From assembly GCA_012295275.1 (NCBI GenBank), contig CM022670.1:5952001-6016000 (forward strand): a stretch of DNA of 64,000 nt, read 5' to 3'. The translations under genes and the position numbers were made by a program. The stretch comes from Chrysomallon squamiferum (lineage: Eukaryota > Animalia > Mollusca). Shown in pieces: positions 26,960-41,999 of the stretch. Numbering within the stretch: position 1 is the first letter of the stretch; the number at the start of each line of letters is the position of its first letter. Below the pieces are notes generated by a model. That model saw only the letters and a program-made list of their open reading frames with translations. It made no database searches and had not been told where the DNA came from.

Positions 26960-27582
26960 TACCAGTAACATACAACAGAAGAGCAAACGCATAATTAACA
27001 AATAATGTGCACAGTTTTATACATATTATGCAGTAATAGTAATAATACCTGGGCAGATTGTTAGAAACAAACCATTATGGTTTGGTGAAGAAAATGTGAA
27101 ACTGACCATAACGCGGCCCTTTGTTGAAGTGGAATCAGCCATTAGCATATAAAATGTCTCTGTTCATCTATTGGCTCATTCTTGTTATTGAGAAAACCAG
27201 TAAATTTCCATCAGACTGGCCGAGCTTTGGAAATTTTCCTTTTGCCGTTAGTTTTTTCCTTTTTTTTTCCTTTTTTTTAATATTTTTTTTTCCCCCTTCA
27301 GACGGATCCTGTTAGCATTCTTTACACAGATCACGCAGAAAAGTATTTAATTTATTATTATTGCTCATCTGCAGTCCTAGCTGAAAAACACTGAAATATT
27401 TCGACATATCACGACATAAAAATATTTTGTCGTTTTTGTCTGGTTCTAGGATGTTAGGCGTTCGTTTACGTCAGACATCGAAAAATCGTTATATTAAATT
27501 AAAATTTTCAGTCGCCATATTTATTTGATATTTTTATATTAAAACTCCACTGATATGTTTCTCTATCTTGTACCTCTTTTAA

Positions 27583-27631
<49 letters not shown>

Positions 27632-28146
27632 TCTTGTTTTGTGAAAATTCTTACCACCCACAGAGAAAAATTATCAGTAAAGTCATTTTAAAAATACAAA
27701 AAATAAAAATATCCGGTTAAACATAATAAATAAATCTTGCAGATAAATAAAGATGTAGCTAGCTGACAAATTCGAATCCTTCTTTTTTGAAGATTTGAGA
27801 CGGGTATGTGAAATACGTTTGCTTTCAAAATGGTTTATTTTATTTCAGTGTAATTATGTTACATACATCACCATTCTTAATATTTTTTTAGTTTAGTTCT
27901 ATTAAAAATGTTCTTCACATAAATAGTAACAGAAATAACATTGCAGTGTAATAACAGCAATAGATTTAAAACAATAATTTAATAAAATAGTGATTTTGTA
28001 ATACTAAAGTACCATTTATTTTCTGTTTCATTTTATTTATTTATTTATTTTCTGTCGAGAATCTTAATGATAGGCATCATAAGAACAACTTGAAAGAAAC
28101 GAAACCTAATCGACGTAAGCCTGTCCAGCTGCTTTGGCCAGCTGCT

Positions 28147-28250
28147 GTTTCCATGGAAACGCGAGTTCACGGTGTGGTGTTGATTTCAACACACCTTGGC
28201 TGAGCTGCGTGATAAGCCAATCGATAGCTGCAGACGAAAATGGCGTCTCA
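28147..28250. promoter_or_regulatory. Promoter/enhancer-like cluster: RFX X-box, CCAAT, YY1-like motif
   Basis: Perfect palindromic GTTTCCATGGAAAC (28147-28160), AGCCAATC (~28215-28222) and AAAATGGCG (~28237-28245) in a GC-richer island. Confidence 0.45.
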
Positions 28251-28300
28251 GTCCTAGCTTTATATTTTAAATCTTTAAACTAAATGTATGTCTACTGGTG

Positions 28301-28347
<47 letters not shown>

Positions 28348-28623
28348 GTGGTGGTGGTGGTGGTATTATTATTAAGCAGTTCATTTGGGGGGGGTAATTA
28401 TTTTTTCTTTTTTTCTTTATTTTTAATTATTATTATAAGTTTTATTATTATTTATTTATTTATTTATTAATTTCAAAGCGATTATAAATTTCTCACTTGA
28501 AACTAATTAAACATTCATTAATTTGATACAGTTAAATTCTGACACAGTTCAGAAAAGTGTTTCCTGTATTGTACTAAGTGACTTGTCAATTTACGATTTA
28601 TTTAATATATATATACGTAACTG

Positions 28624-28683
<60 letters not shown>

Positions 28684-30069
28684 TATTCTGAGCAGTGGCA
28701 AGATGATGACTAGATAAATTTCTTTATGGGACGGAAAGATCTTTACTTCAATAAATTCATTTTATTTAACACACACACACACACACACACAGTATTATAT
28801 AGATAATTTGTTTTTAATATTTATTTGCCGGATTGCATCTTAAAAGACCATCTGAAACAAATTTCATTAAAAAAAAAAAGATAACATAAATTGTTATTTA
28901 ACAACTATAAATTTTGCTTTGATTTATAGTTTCTGTACGCGTGAATCTACCATTCTCTAGAGAGCTGAGAAATAAAACAGTATATTTCATTTAGGATTTC
29001 TATTATTTATGATTGCAGGATAAAAAAAATATATATTTATAACAGGTTATTAAAATATCAGCAAAGCCTTCCTGCATTTGGCACTCGTACGCGTACTTTC
29101 GCAAGATAAAGCTGACCAGTTATTCCCTTTAACTATATATTATATATATATTATTACATATATATATTCACACAGAAACACACACACACACCAGTATATG
29201 AATGGTATGGTATGGAAACTCTTTTTACGTGCCCACGTCCAATTCAAGGTTCAGGCACGCCTATCACGGATCCGGTCTGTGGGATCGCCAGGGCTGGGTT
29301 CCGGAAGAGGGGAGAGGAAGGGAAGGGGAAGGGGACGGTGAAGGTGCATTTGAAGTGGGCAATTTGGAATAAACATTTAAGTGGTTTTTAGTTAATAAGA
29401 TCTAAAAGGGTGCAGTAGATATACATATATACACACCCATACACATACATACATATACACATATATAGATATATGTACCTATATACATACATACATACAT
29501 ATACAGTATATGAAGAAATATTCCGGAAAGGCCTAGCCTTTTATAAAAGGAGCTAAAAATAAAAGATAAAATTAAATAAAAATTGAAAAGAAAGAAAGCA
29601 ATAAGGAAAAAAAATCTGGTTTCATAATCAGAGACTGTATGTAATATCAGTTTATTTGGCTAAGACGGATTTGAAAGAGACACAAATCTTTTTCATTTTT
29701 ATCACGTACATTTGTTTATTCATTCCGAACATTATCAGTTTATGTAAATGCGTTTGTATATTTAGTTTATAATTATTTAAGTTATGTAAATAACAACTGA
29801 AGTCATTTAGTTTATTATTTATAGACACAGCAACAACAGATAATTTATTCAACATTAATTATTTGTGGGGGGTTTTCTTAGTGTCTATTAAAAACTGAAA
29901 CTTTGATAAGAAGAACATTTCATCATATTTCAACACAGATTATTTTCAGATATAGATTTTCTTTTATGATGTTGATGATAATGATGATGATATAAGAATG
30001 ATATGTTATGAATAAATTCCAGTCAATACAAATTTATATACATATATTATTATCATTATTATCATTTTC

Positions 30070-30136
<67 letters not shown>

Positions 30137-30475
30137 TTTATACAAACAACACTCAGATATTATATTAAGAATTCTGTAAACTAGTTTTTATACCCAGAGA
30201 TGGATTTAGATTTTTTGTTAGGTAAATAATACACGGTTAAAGAAGCCTGTATGACAAAGAAGTAAATTTGGGAGTAAGGATTATTTCTTTATGTCATGAG
30301 CTGCAGATTTGTAAACATCTGTACTGTAAAAAGGCGAATGTCACAGATCAAAGTTGTAACATTATTAAAATGTGTATGTAATCTGTAGTTACTACATTAC
30401 AGCTTATCAAATACTACTGCGCAAATATGAATAAAACATGTATTAAATAGGTGAATGTGTTAAAACAATAGGTTA

Positions 30476-30568
<93 letters not shown>

Positions 30569-32037
30569 TCAGTGTTTCCAATGTTTTATTACTTTAATAA
30601 CAAAAGCTGTATTTTAGAAGGAAACAAAAAATAACAGAAAAAGCACTTACATGCAAATCTATAAAATACATTTAGTATACCTTAAACAAATAATGATACT
30701 TGTACTTGAGAAATAAAAAAAATTGAAATCTTAAATAAACAATATCACTGTCCTAATTTCAAACTTGTTCTTCTTCTGCCCTCTTCGTTTTTCTCCGTGA
30801 TGTTTTAAAATGTTCTTTGTGTGTTTGTCAGTGAGAAGCTTTAACTCTCTCCTCCCCCCCTGCCCCCAGAAAGATCGATTTCGGAGTGAACGGTTAATAA
30901 TGGGGCAGCTGTCTGTGGGATTAATTTCACACACAAAGTGTCCAACCTGACCTTGTTGCGTGACTGCCTGTAAACAACATTTTTGTTAATATTATTCAAT
31001 ACTGTCTTTGTTTTTCGGGGTTTTTTTTGTTCAAGGCTGTCTTTCCTGTTAATTGTCAGTCTGCTCTAAGAAAAGAAGTGTCGGCGCCTTTAGCAACGAC
31101 ATCATGCAGGACCGAGAAGAGGGGCAAACAAAGCACAACCCCTTTTTGGGATTGATTGATGTTTTTTTCTTTCTTTCTTTCTTTCTGTATTTTTGGGTTG
31201 TTGTTTTTTTTTTTTTTTTTTTTTTTGTTATTATATTCTTCTTGGTTTTTTTTTTTTTATATTTATTTATTTATTTAAAGTTTATTATTTTTTTTTTTTT
31301 TTCTAAAGAAATACACCATTAGTCTCTTCAAAGTTGCACACATCAACAAGGAACTAAAAATAACCAGTGATTAATGAGTATTATGTTTGTATTTGGTTCA
31401 GGTTTTATTTAATTACTTTCCACAGTATTTTATTTCGCTACTTAATACAAGTGTTTATCTCTGTATTTATTTTTAATTGTCTGCATACTTTACGGATTTC
31501 ACAGCTTACAACTAATACAGAATTAAAATTAACTCTAAAAAAAAAAAAAAAAAAAAAAAAATCAATTATTTCGACACAGATATTTGTAATTTCAGATGTC
31601 ACGGCAGTTAATCGACTTAGAGCTGAACAAAAAAGAAAAAAGGTTGAACAAACAAAGAAAAAAAGGAAAAAAAAATAAAATAAAATAAAAACGAAGAAGG
31701 AAGAAGAGCGTCTTTTATTCGTTGCACTTTATCAAGTGTGCACGTACTGTGCCAGATAAGTTGTTACAATTTCTTCCATCGGATTATTTCCCGTTCTAAA
31801 CTTATCAAAAAAAATGGTAGGTACATTGCTCTCCACGGAAAGTTTGTTTTAAATAAGTTAACAGTCAAGAGAAATCTGTAGATAGTATATTTTCTCTTTC
31901 ATATTACTTTTATTTAAAAAATGTATTATTGTTTATTTACTGTTAAACAAAAAACAAAGAAGTCTGTAGACAGTCTCTTTTTATTTCATAATATGTTTGT
32001 TGTTTTGTGTTTTGTTTTGTTGTTTTGCTTTATTGTT

Positions 32038-32070
<33 letters not shown>

Positions 32071-32663
32071 TTTGACAATTCACGGAAATGTTTCACGGAG
32101 GAATGTCTAACAGAGAACTCTTTAATTTTGTTTCGTTTTAAATTCATGAGTCGATTTTTCTCACTGACTTTTTATTATCACGTCATTTCCATCGAAATAT
32201 TATAACAGCTTTTAATAAAAGAAAGCTACAGAAGAGAAAAAACTAATACATACTCTGTAGAAGTGCGCAGTCAAAAAATAGAACAGACATACGTAAAGTA
32301 TAAGACATAATATATATAAATACACATACATATACACATACACATTTACACATACATTGATAGAAACACACTTAGATATATATACATAACACATGTACAT
32401 ACATATATACGCACACATATATATATATACTTATAAAAACACACATAGAAACATATATGCATGCATGAACACATATATGTATATACAGATATATCTATAT
32501 ATTATAGAAATTAGAAAAATACTCAATGCCAATTATAAGCACACATATACATCATATACATACAGATGTACAAAACCAAATTTAGTTACATATATATTCA
32601 GAATCATACACACAGTTTAAAACAAACCCTAAAACATGCATATAACATTGACACACACAGAGA

Positions 32664-32698
<35 letters not shown>

Positions 32699-34988
32699 AA
32701 TACATACACTCCAAGCATATTATTCATCAGTCATGAACGATCAGTATATTTACGACATGTATACGTTTTTTACTCCAGTTGTAAGTCAATAAAACATACA
32801 AAAATAGATTCACTAGGTGCTTGTTTGCATTACCGCACAATTTGTTGATATCGACGTGTTTGCCAACGTAGTAACAGTCGACAGTAAGACTAATACAATA
32901 TTGTGGTGAATTAACTCTGACGAAAATACTTCTACTGACGTCATTCCTCATCTGAACACAACTTTAGATTTCTTTAAATGTTTCGTGATCATATACACAT
33001 TCATGAACTGCTTATGTACAATTTCTCTTGACATGTGAAAAGCCATGCTCGTTGAACACCCTGTCGAAAATTGTAGGAAAATAATAAAACCAAGTTTTTT
33101 TGTTCAGCCTTTATTACGTTGTTTTTTTTTTTTTTTTTTTTTTTAAGTCATCAAAATAAACTAATTAAAACTTTATTATTATTATTATTAACAAGTGAAT
33201 AAATAAATGTTTATTTATTGATTCATCAAATAAAATGCCCATTTTTTTGTGCTCCAGCTGTGAAGTAAGCGAGGTGATTAAATCTGCCGGATTAATGCAC
33301 ACGGTCCCGCATTTACAAATTAGTTCGTTAATGCGCATAAATACAAATACAATTTTTTGACTCGTTTGTTTTGTAGCTGTTAAACGACAATAAATCTAAT
33401 CACATCTGAACATAGTTCATGAATAGCATTAAACCTATTTCTTCTTCTTTTTTTCGGTGGGGGATTCACTACTCGTTATCAGTAAGTACTTTAAAATAAT
33501 TGTCTGTGCACGCATGCACACTGACAATACTATTATTGTACGGCGAAGTCCAAACATGACTTCACAAACGTCTGATGCCGCAATGAACGACGACACCGTT
33601 TGACTACCAAGACAATTTAAAAAAAATGGTCGGGTATCTAAAAGTAATCGACACGTCCTGCACAACGTGGCGTTCATTTTTTTTTTTTTTTCGGCATTTT
33701 TGTGAGCACAGACAATTACTCACACATACAGCTTACATGCACACAGTTGTGTATCTACACACAGAGAAACATACACACAGACAAACAGAAACTACAGACA
33801 CACAGATTATTAACAGACATTCACAGTAGTTTTGTTTTAGCTTACAATTTAAAACTTCCTGGTAGCGATGCTTAGTATAGTGATCAGTATAATCGTTCTA
33901 CACACAATATTTGGTTATTGTAGTATTTGTTTTATGTTGTTGTTTTTTTAATTTCATAGGTTTTCAAAAGATGAATTAAAAGCGATGTTTGTTAGGTGTT
34001 TTTTTCCCTTCAGTTTCAATGAATAGTTTCAGGTTATTTTTCCTTTTCTGTGAGTAATTAACAAATATTTTATACGTTTTCGCACACAGACAAGCAGAAA
34101 AAGATATAAATTAGATATGTTACGATAACAGTACCATTATATAAAATATTTACTAGATAATGCCTCAAAATAAAACAAACCAGCCGAGCGTTTTATTTTT
34201 TTATTACGTGAATTAGCATTAATGAATCTGATGTCTACTACAAAATACCTTTCGCAGCTGTTTTACATTCCAATGTGTGTTGCGGAAGGTGTGTCTAACA
34301 AGAATAGATTTACTTCACACTGAACGTCTGCCGCCCACGTGCATGACTGTAACATTTACATTATCAGTAGTAACAGCTACAGACAAGACACCGACGTCAG
34401 AGAGATGCGGAATCGATTCCGTACTGTAGTGGAAAACAAGATTATTTTCTTAATGCTATTTTCTACCCCAAGTTTTTTGTTTCTTTTTTTTTCTTTTCTT
34501 TCATTTTAATTTATCTTCGATCTAACGAAGTTACTGTATTTTCAGAAATATGCTCTAACTTTGTAAATGAAAACGCCTTTGCCGAAAATAACAGCTACAA
34601 AAAGAATGATAATAAAGGCAGGAACAACAATAGTTACATCATCATATTCAACAATAACAAAACAGTTTATTTAGCGTCAACAACAATAATAATATAGTTA
34701 ACAACAACAACAACAACAATACCAACAACATCAGTAAACAAACAAATAAATAAATAAATACAATTTAAAATATTTGACTAATCATACTGTATTAAAATTT
34801 CGGTTAGTTTTGTTGTTTTAAATTAGCGGAGATTCCCGAGTGTTTCTATCACGAACAGTTATTATATAAAAAGTCAGCAGTCGCCGGAGGAACTAACTGT
34901 GACGTCATAGCAATCATTAGCGAAGTAATTAGAACAGCAAAATGTTTGACATTCATAAAAGTCAGGCAAGTGCTTTCAATAATTTAAT

Positions 34989-35042
<54 letters not shown>

Positions 35043-35921
35043 GCAACACACTGATTTACCCTCATACACACACACGACACAGATTATGTTTTTATGATGC
35101 ACGTGTGAAACATATTTCAGTTAATTTGGAAAACTAAACATAATGTCATATTTTTTTATTTCATTATTTCTTAAAATTACCAAGTGAAATCTTTACAACA
35201 ACATCCTATTATAATGAAATAATTTCTATGTGTGCTATTATTAGCTCTTTTATATATTTACATTATAAAACCGGACGTTTTCTTCTGGTTTTGTTTGTTT
35301 ATTTATTTATTTTGATAGTTCGTTTGTTTGCTACTGTCAGTTGTTGTTCAAGTCTCTGCCGTCTCTCACACACAACATACAAAAACGCAAACACACATAC
35401 GCCTATTCAAACACACACATATTCACATGTTGTTTTATGATGTTAAACAGTGTATTAAACTTTTTTGCAACTAAGCACATCAACACAACAGCGATGTTAG
35501 TTGACGTTTGTACTGACCCCGTGCTAAAATGCTGTCAGCATCAAAAAAAAAATATTTTACAGATGTCACCGCTATTATATATTATAAAAATATTTTTGTT
35601 ATTACATTAAAAAAAAAAAAAAAAAAAAAACATAAAAATTATCAGTTGTCATAGAGATCCACACACAAAGCATATCTATAACAAGGGGAAAAAAAAAAAA
35701 AAAAAGTTTCGTCAACATTAATTTTGTCAGTGGAAGCGACAACAATAATAAAAACTAAACAATAATTAACTATCATCTTATGGGTGTGGATAGATATTTC
35801 CGCTTAAAAACGTTAAAAAAATTAAAATATATATATATATTATTTTAAAGTTCCTACTTTACTCAGTGAAATATTAACATACGTTGTGCCATTTCTATTC
35901 TTTTTAAAATATCTTTTAAGG

Positions 35922-35955
<34 letters not shown>

Positions 35956-36613
35956 AATAAAACAGACATACAGTCTGCACAACATATAACTTCAAATAAT
36001 AGACCAGTAAAATATTAGAAAAAAGTGATATTCGTAAAATTTTTAATTAATACGAACGCACACGCACACGCACACTCACATACACACATTTGTCGTACTC
36101 TGCCCCGGTGATGACTGTCAGAGTTTGTGAATATTGCATTGTTTGTCATGTTTTGTGACAGTATCAGGAAAACGAAGACATTTTTTTAAAAGAAGATTTC
36201 GAGGGTAGGTTTTGCTTGCAGATTTCATATGCATAACTTTCCAACAAACCAGTATTTTTTTTTTCTATTCTTCGCCCTTCTTTGTCAAAAATGTGCTATC
36301 TTTTTCTTTATTTTTGTTGTTGTTTTGTTGTTTTGTTGCTGTTTTTTTTTTTTTTTTTTGGGTTGTGTGTTTGTGTGTGTGTGTGTGTGTGTTTTAAAAA
36401 TTACGGCAATAGTAATACCTCTTGTCCAAAATCCAGTCTTCTTGTTTGTGAGGCTTTAGTAATTGTTTATAAATTATTGTCACGTGCTATCAACAAAAGG
36501 TTGTGCACTGTATATTAAACATGTATCAACTTAGTTACTCTGTATCTCTGACAATGATAAAAATATGAAATAATAATAATAATATGAATATACATTGATT
36601 TGAATAATTTTAC

Positions 36614-36658
<45 letters not shown>

Positions 36659-36814
36659 TATAGCTGCCTATAGAAATCATTGAAAATGAAGGAAGTAAAT
36701 TACTAAAGTTATTATAGTTTATATTATTACCTCATTATTTTAAAGTATCTCTGTTAACTTGAGGGCACGATGTATGTCATTATTGCCAGTCATATCTTAT
36801 TTATTTATTTATTG

Positions 36815-36856
<42 letters not shown>

Positions 36857-37697
36857 GATTTTAGTAATTCGTTTTTGTTGTTGTTTTTGTTGGGTTTTTT
36901 TTTTTTTTTTTTGCTCCGTTTACCAACTTACTTATTTATTATCTGCATATTTCTGATAAGAAATTAAATAAACTAAATGTAAATGACTGTGACGCGTTCC
37001 AAAAAGGTGCGTTACCACATGACGTAAATAAAGATGAGTATGTAAATATTTACACGTGACCCATGGAAAACTTGTAAACTGAATACAGTGAAATAAACAG
37101 ACATGGCTCATGCGGAATTCGGTCAGAGTCTTATCGCATCCGGTACTATCGCACGCTAGTGACAAGGGTGAACCAAATTAAAACAAAATCATATTTTATT
37201 ACATATATCCTAAATTTAGTGGGATGGTGTTTTCGGTTTGTAAAAAAGAATCGATTCAAGTTTGATTCTTGACATCATGAGTTTTGACCTCATTTCATTT
37301 GTAAGTCATTCACTGATGAACTTCGATATTCCCATCTGCCTAAAATTTCCCAAAACATTAAATTTTTAGTGCACCAAGGTAATTTGGAGAGGATTATTTT
37401 ACCTTTCCTTTGTCGATCCTCACTATGAGGCCCATTTAGGGACAAAAATACTGAAGGATTAATTAAATAATTTAGTGTCGGTACTACAACATTGTCTTTA
37501 AAATTTTGTGATATAATACTTGAGATTCAAAACCAAGAAACTAACTAAGTAAATAAATAGAGATAAAACCGCAGGTTATTTAAAAATTAATAATCGAAAC
37601 AATAAAATGTTTCAAAATCGAATTAAAAATATTCTAATTAAATGACTGACGATTAATTTTGATTACATTAATATTTAGTAATGTACAATTATGTCAG

Positions 37698-37757
<60 letters not shown>

Positions 37758-38001
37758 CATGCACCCTGGTCTCAACAGCATAAAAACACCTCACCTACCG
37801 TTTCATATTACAAGCCAAATTATTTAGTAAGTTTATACTGCGTAACCCCCTCGTATAGGCCTGTCTTTTGTTATTCTGTATTAATTCAGTTCCGATTACC
37901 ACGAGGTATTTAACTAGGTTCACTTGACGGACACTTCTCCGCGTGGTTTTAAAAGAAATTACGTAACATGTGATAATTAAAAAAAAAAAAAAAAAAATAA
38001 A

Positions 38002-38034
<33 letters not shown>

Positions 38035-38462
38035 TTATAAAAAATAAAGTAAAATAAAACATTTCAAGCCCCCCAAAAAAATTTATAAAAAATTATTACA
38101 ATGTTAAAATAGCATCGATTAATTTATTATTATTTTATACACCACAATTTATTCATATTATATGAATGATTGCATTATTTATGTTAGTTCATTTTTGCTA
38201 CTTCTTCGGGCTAACAAAAATAAAAACTAAATTAATTCGATCTGCTGCGGCTCTGTTATTGGCAGCAGATGCCGAGCTCCCTACTAATACCCCTTAAACA
38301 TAATGGACTAGTCAAAATTCGTCATATAAGATATTTAAAGAGGCAGGATGAACACGGTCTGTCATCATTAGGTCTTTCAAGAGAAGTGCTAAATAATAAA
38401 ATTTCTCTGTTTACTTCAGAAGTGGACAATCTTTGAATTTTACGTGTCAAGATAACGTAATA

Positions 38463-41400
38463 ATGGGATTCTTTAAAATTGAAAAGGTGAGTGTTCTATT
38501 CTTACTATCATCTATGAAACTTGAAAGAAAAGAGGAAAGAAAAACACTCGTCTGCTTCTCCAAGAGCCACGCGCTTTTCCCAAAACCGACTTTCTTCGAG
38601 GAATTTTACCATTTAATTTTAATTTTATGAATTAAAAATTAGCCAGAACTATTACCAGTTAAAAATGATTCAGATTACAAAAATATTTCTTTTATGTTTT
38701 ATGTTTTTTTATTACACTTTTTTTTCTTATTTTAAAAAAAAATAAAATAAAATCAAAAATAAAAATTATTTCCACTAATTAATTTGCAGTTACCATTGTA
38801 AAAAAAGAAAAAAGAAAAAAAAAAAGATTTCTTTTTCGTATAATCATAATATAAATTCCTAATGATAATTAACTTGTCGTAATTACTTTTTATTTTATTA
38901 GATAACCCATTTTGGGGGGAAAATCCGGTTTTCATTAAACAATATGTATTTATTATTATTATTATTTTACTCTTTTTTTTAATTAAAAAAATTCCGCGAT
39001 AAAACAAACAAAGATAACAGATTGTTCTGTATCAGTATGTTACTTCATCACTTCTTGGATTTCCATATTGTCTTATTCCAAACAGACTATTTTTCACAAT
39101 TTGGAAAAAGCAAATAATAGTTAATTTTTCTTTTGCATAATATTATATATTATATTTTAGCTAAACCACAATTTCTTTTATATTTTGGAAAAATTGTCAC
39201 ATGTAATCATACACTTTTATGTCTTTTGTTTAGAATATGAAATCTTGTAGCATACCAGTTAAAATGACTCATGTTTTAACATGGTTTTCTTTACTAGTTA
39301 CATACATTTTCTGCCAGACAAAATAGTCTGATATGTACTGTCAACTCATATTCTACAATAATACAAAAATATTAATATTTACTCTGTCTTTACTTATCAC
39401 AAATAAGTTTCTTAAACAATTATATTTTATTATATATATTCAATTTCTACTTATATTTTCTCATAATAATAAAAAGAAAATACTGAACAGTATAGTTTGT
39501 TTTAAAATTTATTTCCATGAATGAGGGCTAGGAATCTTTTAGTAGAGAAAACTGTATAATTATTTATTTCAGGAAAGTGATGTGAAAGGACCTCATATCC
39601 TATACAGTACAATGTATTTTTAATGGATTTTTTCAGTTGAGCATTGATAAGGAGACAAAGCTTTTAGTTCAGTACATTTTATAATTTTAATAATTGTTTC
39701 AGGAGAGTGGGGTGAAGGAGATTGATGTCTCATATACGTCTTCTACCAGTACAGTTAGTGGAGATGAAAACACAGCTCGTGGAAACTGGTCAGGAAGAAT
39801 GGATTTTCTGCTGTCTTGTATTGGTTATGCAGTTGGATTGGGAAATATTTGGAGATTTCCATATCTTTGCTATAGAAGTGGTGGTGGTAAGAATTATTTT
39901 CTGAAATGTGTGTAGTTGAAGTATTGTTAAAATACTTCATATTTCATTGCAAGTAGCTTGATGCTGTTATAAATTGATTTGGTTTTCATGCTGCACAATG
40001 AAGGAACTAACTTTTTACTGTAAATTAATTTTTTTGTAATTATTCATATATCAGGAGAAAACATTTTATCTGTAATTTAAATGGCTTTGAGTATATTAAA
40101 CTTCTGGTGTTCAGAATTATTTTATACGATTTTCAGACTACTCTTAACATCTATTGCTATTTTTAAATATTTATTTTTAAAAATTTAGGTGCCTTTCTTA
40201 TTCCCTATGTTCTCTTTCTGCTATTGTGTGGAGTGCCTCTGTTTTTCATGGAAATTTCCTATGGACAGTTTGCTAGTCTGAGTCCAATTAGCGTGTGGAA
40301 GATGAGTCCACTTTTCAAAGGTAAACAGTTTTCTTAAATAAAATATCCATTTACTTCACGTTTGGTTAAGTGTTTATATAATACCTATTTATTTATCCAT
40401 CTTGTCAATTTTTATGCTTATATCGTAATATGATGTACTTGTTTTTGAAGAATTACTGCTAATACCTAATTAATATTTCTTGTTATTTTAGGTAGATATT
40501 TTAAATAAAGCAGTAAAAAATGAAACAATTCTATGGTTTTTGCTTACAACCTTTATACGACATTTTTTTTCTTTAGGTTTGTCAAAGTTGTATTTTTACC
40601 TCAATGTTTAAACAAAATAATGCAACTTATCTTTTTAACTTTCAGAAAATATCATTTTCATTACTTAAATCTTTGAAGTAAAAATAACTTGACTTTATTT
40701 GTCATTTCATTTTATCATACATTTCACCGTATTACAAGTTATATTATTTGAACTCTGTTTAAGGGGTGTAAATTTTATTTTTAACAGGTGTTGGTTATGG
40801 AATGGTTATTATTTCAACTATTGTCTGCATTTATTACAACATCATCATTACATGGACACTTTATTACTTGTTTATGTCCATGAGAGCTGTGTTGCCTTGG
40901 GCTACATGTGACAATGAATGGAACACTGACTTCTGTGTTTTGAAGAATCATGCTGATCAAAATAACACCGGAGTAATGAAATACATGAACAGTACTGTGC
41001 TTAATGCCACAACCATGTTACGAAATCTTAGTACAGATGTAGTCATTTCTAACAAAACCAAAACAGCCAGTGAAGAATTTTGGCAGTAAGTTATTTTGAA
41101 ATTTTTAAAAACTTTGAATCTTTTGGAAATATGATTGTTTTTATGATTTTTATGATTTAGTTATTTATTTTATTAAATGCGATATAAATTATATACAGAC
41201 TTGTAATATTTTAGTAGTATGGTATCGAATAATAATTTTTTATCTATAAAATTGTTTTCTGTTAATTCATTATAAACATGTTGTCTAGTTAAACAAAACA
41301 AAAAACAGTTAATCTAAAAATGATTTTACAGGCGTCATGTTTTGGATATATCTGATGGAATTGATAATGTTGGAGCTATTCGCTGGCCATTGTTGGGTTG

Positions 41401-41942
41401 TCTTGCTCTTGCCTGGGTTGTTGTCTTCCTCTGCCTTTGCAAAGGTGTAAAGTCATCAGGAAAGGTAATTCAATTCATCCATTTCTAATAAGCTACTCTT
41501 TCTGTTTCTGAGAAATCTGACACTTAACATACTTAAATAAAAAGCCTTAAAATAATCCATTCAGTTGTATGAAAGTAATTTTAAAAATAAAAAGTTCAGC
41601 TTGCTTCTTTGAAAAACTCCAAATATATTTATTTTATCCACACACTGTATTATATTTATATTCTTATTTTTTATTTAATTTCCACAAATGACACGATTGT
41701 TTTTTTTATATATAAATTTCTTGTACAAACCTTATTTAAAAAAAAAAAAAAAATGACAAAACTGAACTTTTCTAAATATGATTTTCAGGTGGTGTATGTT
41801 ACTGCTACTTTTCCATATATGGTTCTGCTGATTCTTATGATCAGAGGTGTTACTCTTCCTGGAGCTGTTAATGGAATACATTTCTACCTTGTACCTCAGT
41901 GGGAAAAGCTTTTGGAATTTAAGGTATACATAACTTAGACAT

Positions 41943-41999
<57 letters not shown>

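Noticed and set aside
29200-29345. GC-rich segment possibly from an interspersed repeat
   Set aside because: It is single-copy in the window with no TIR/TSD or Pol III boxes identified, so it cannot be supported without a repeat library.
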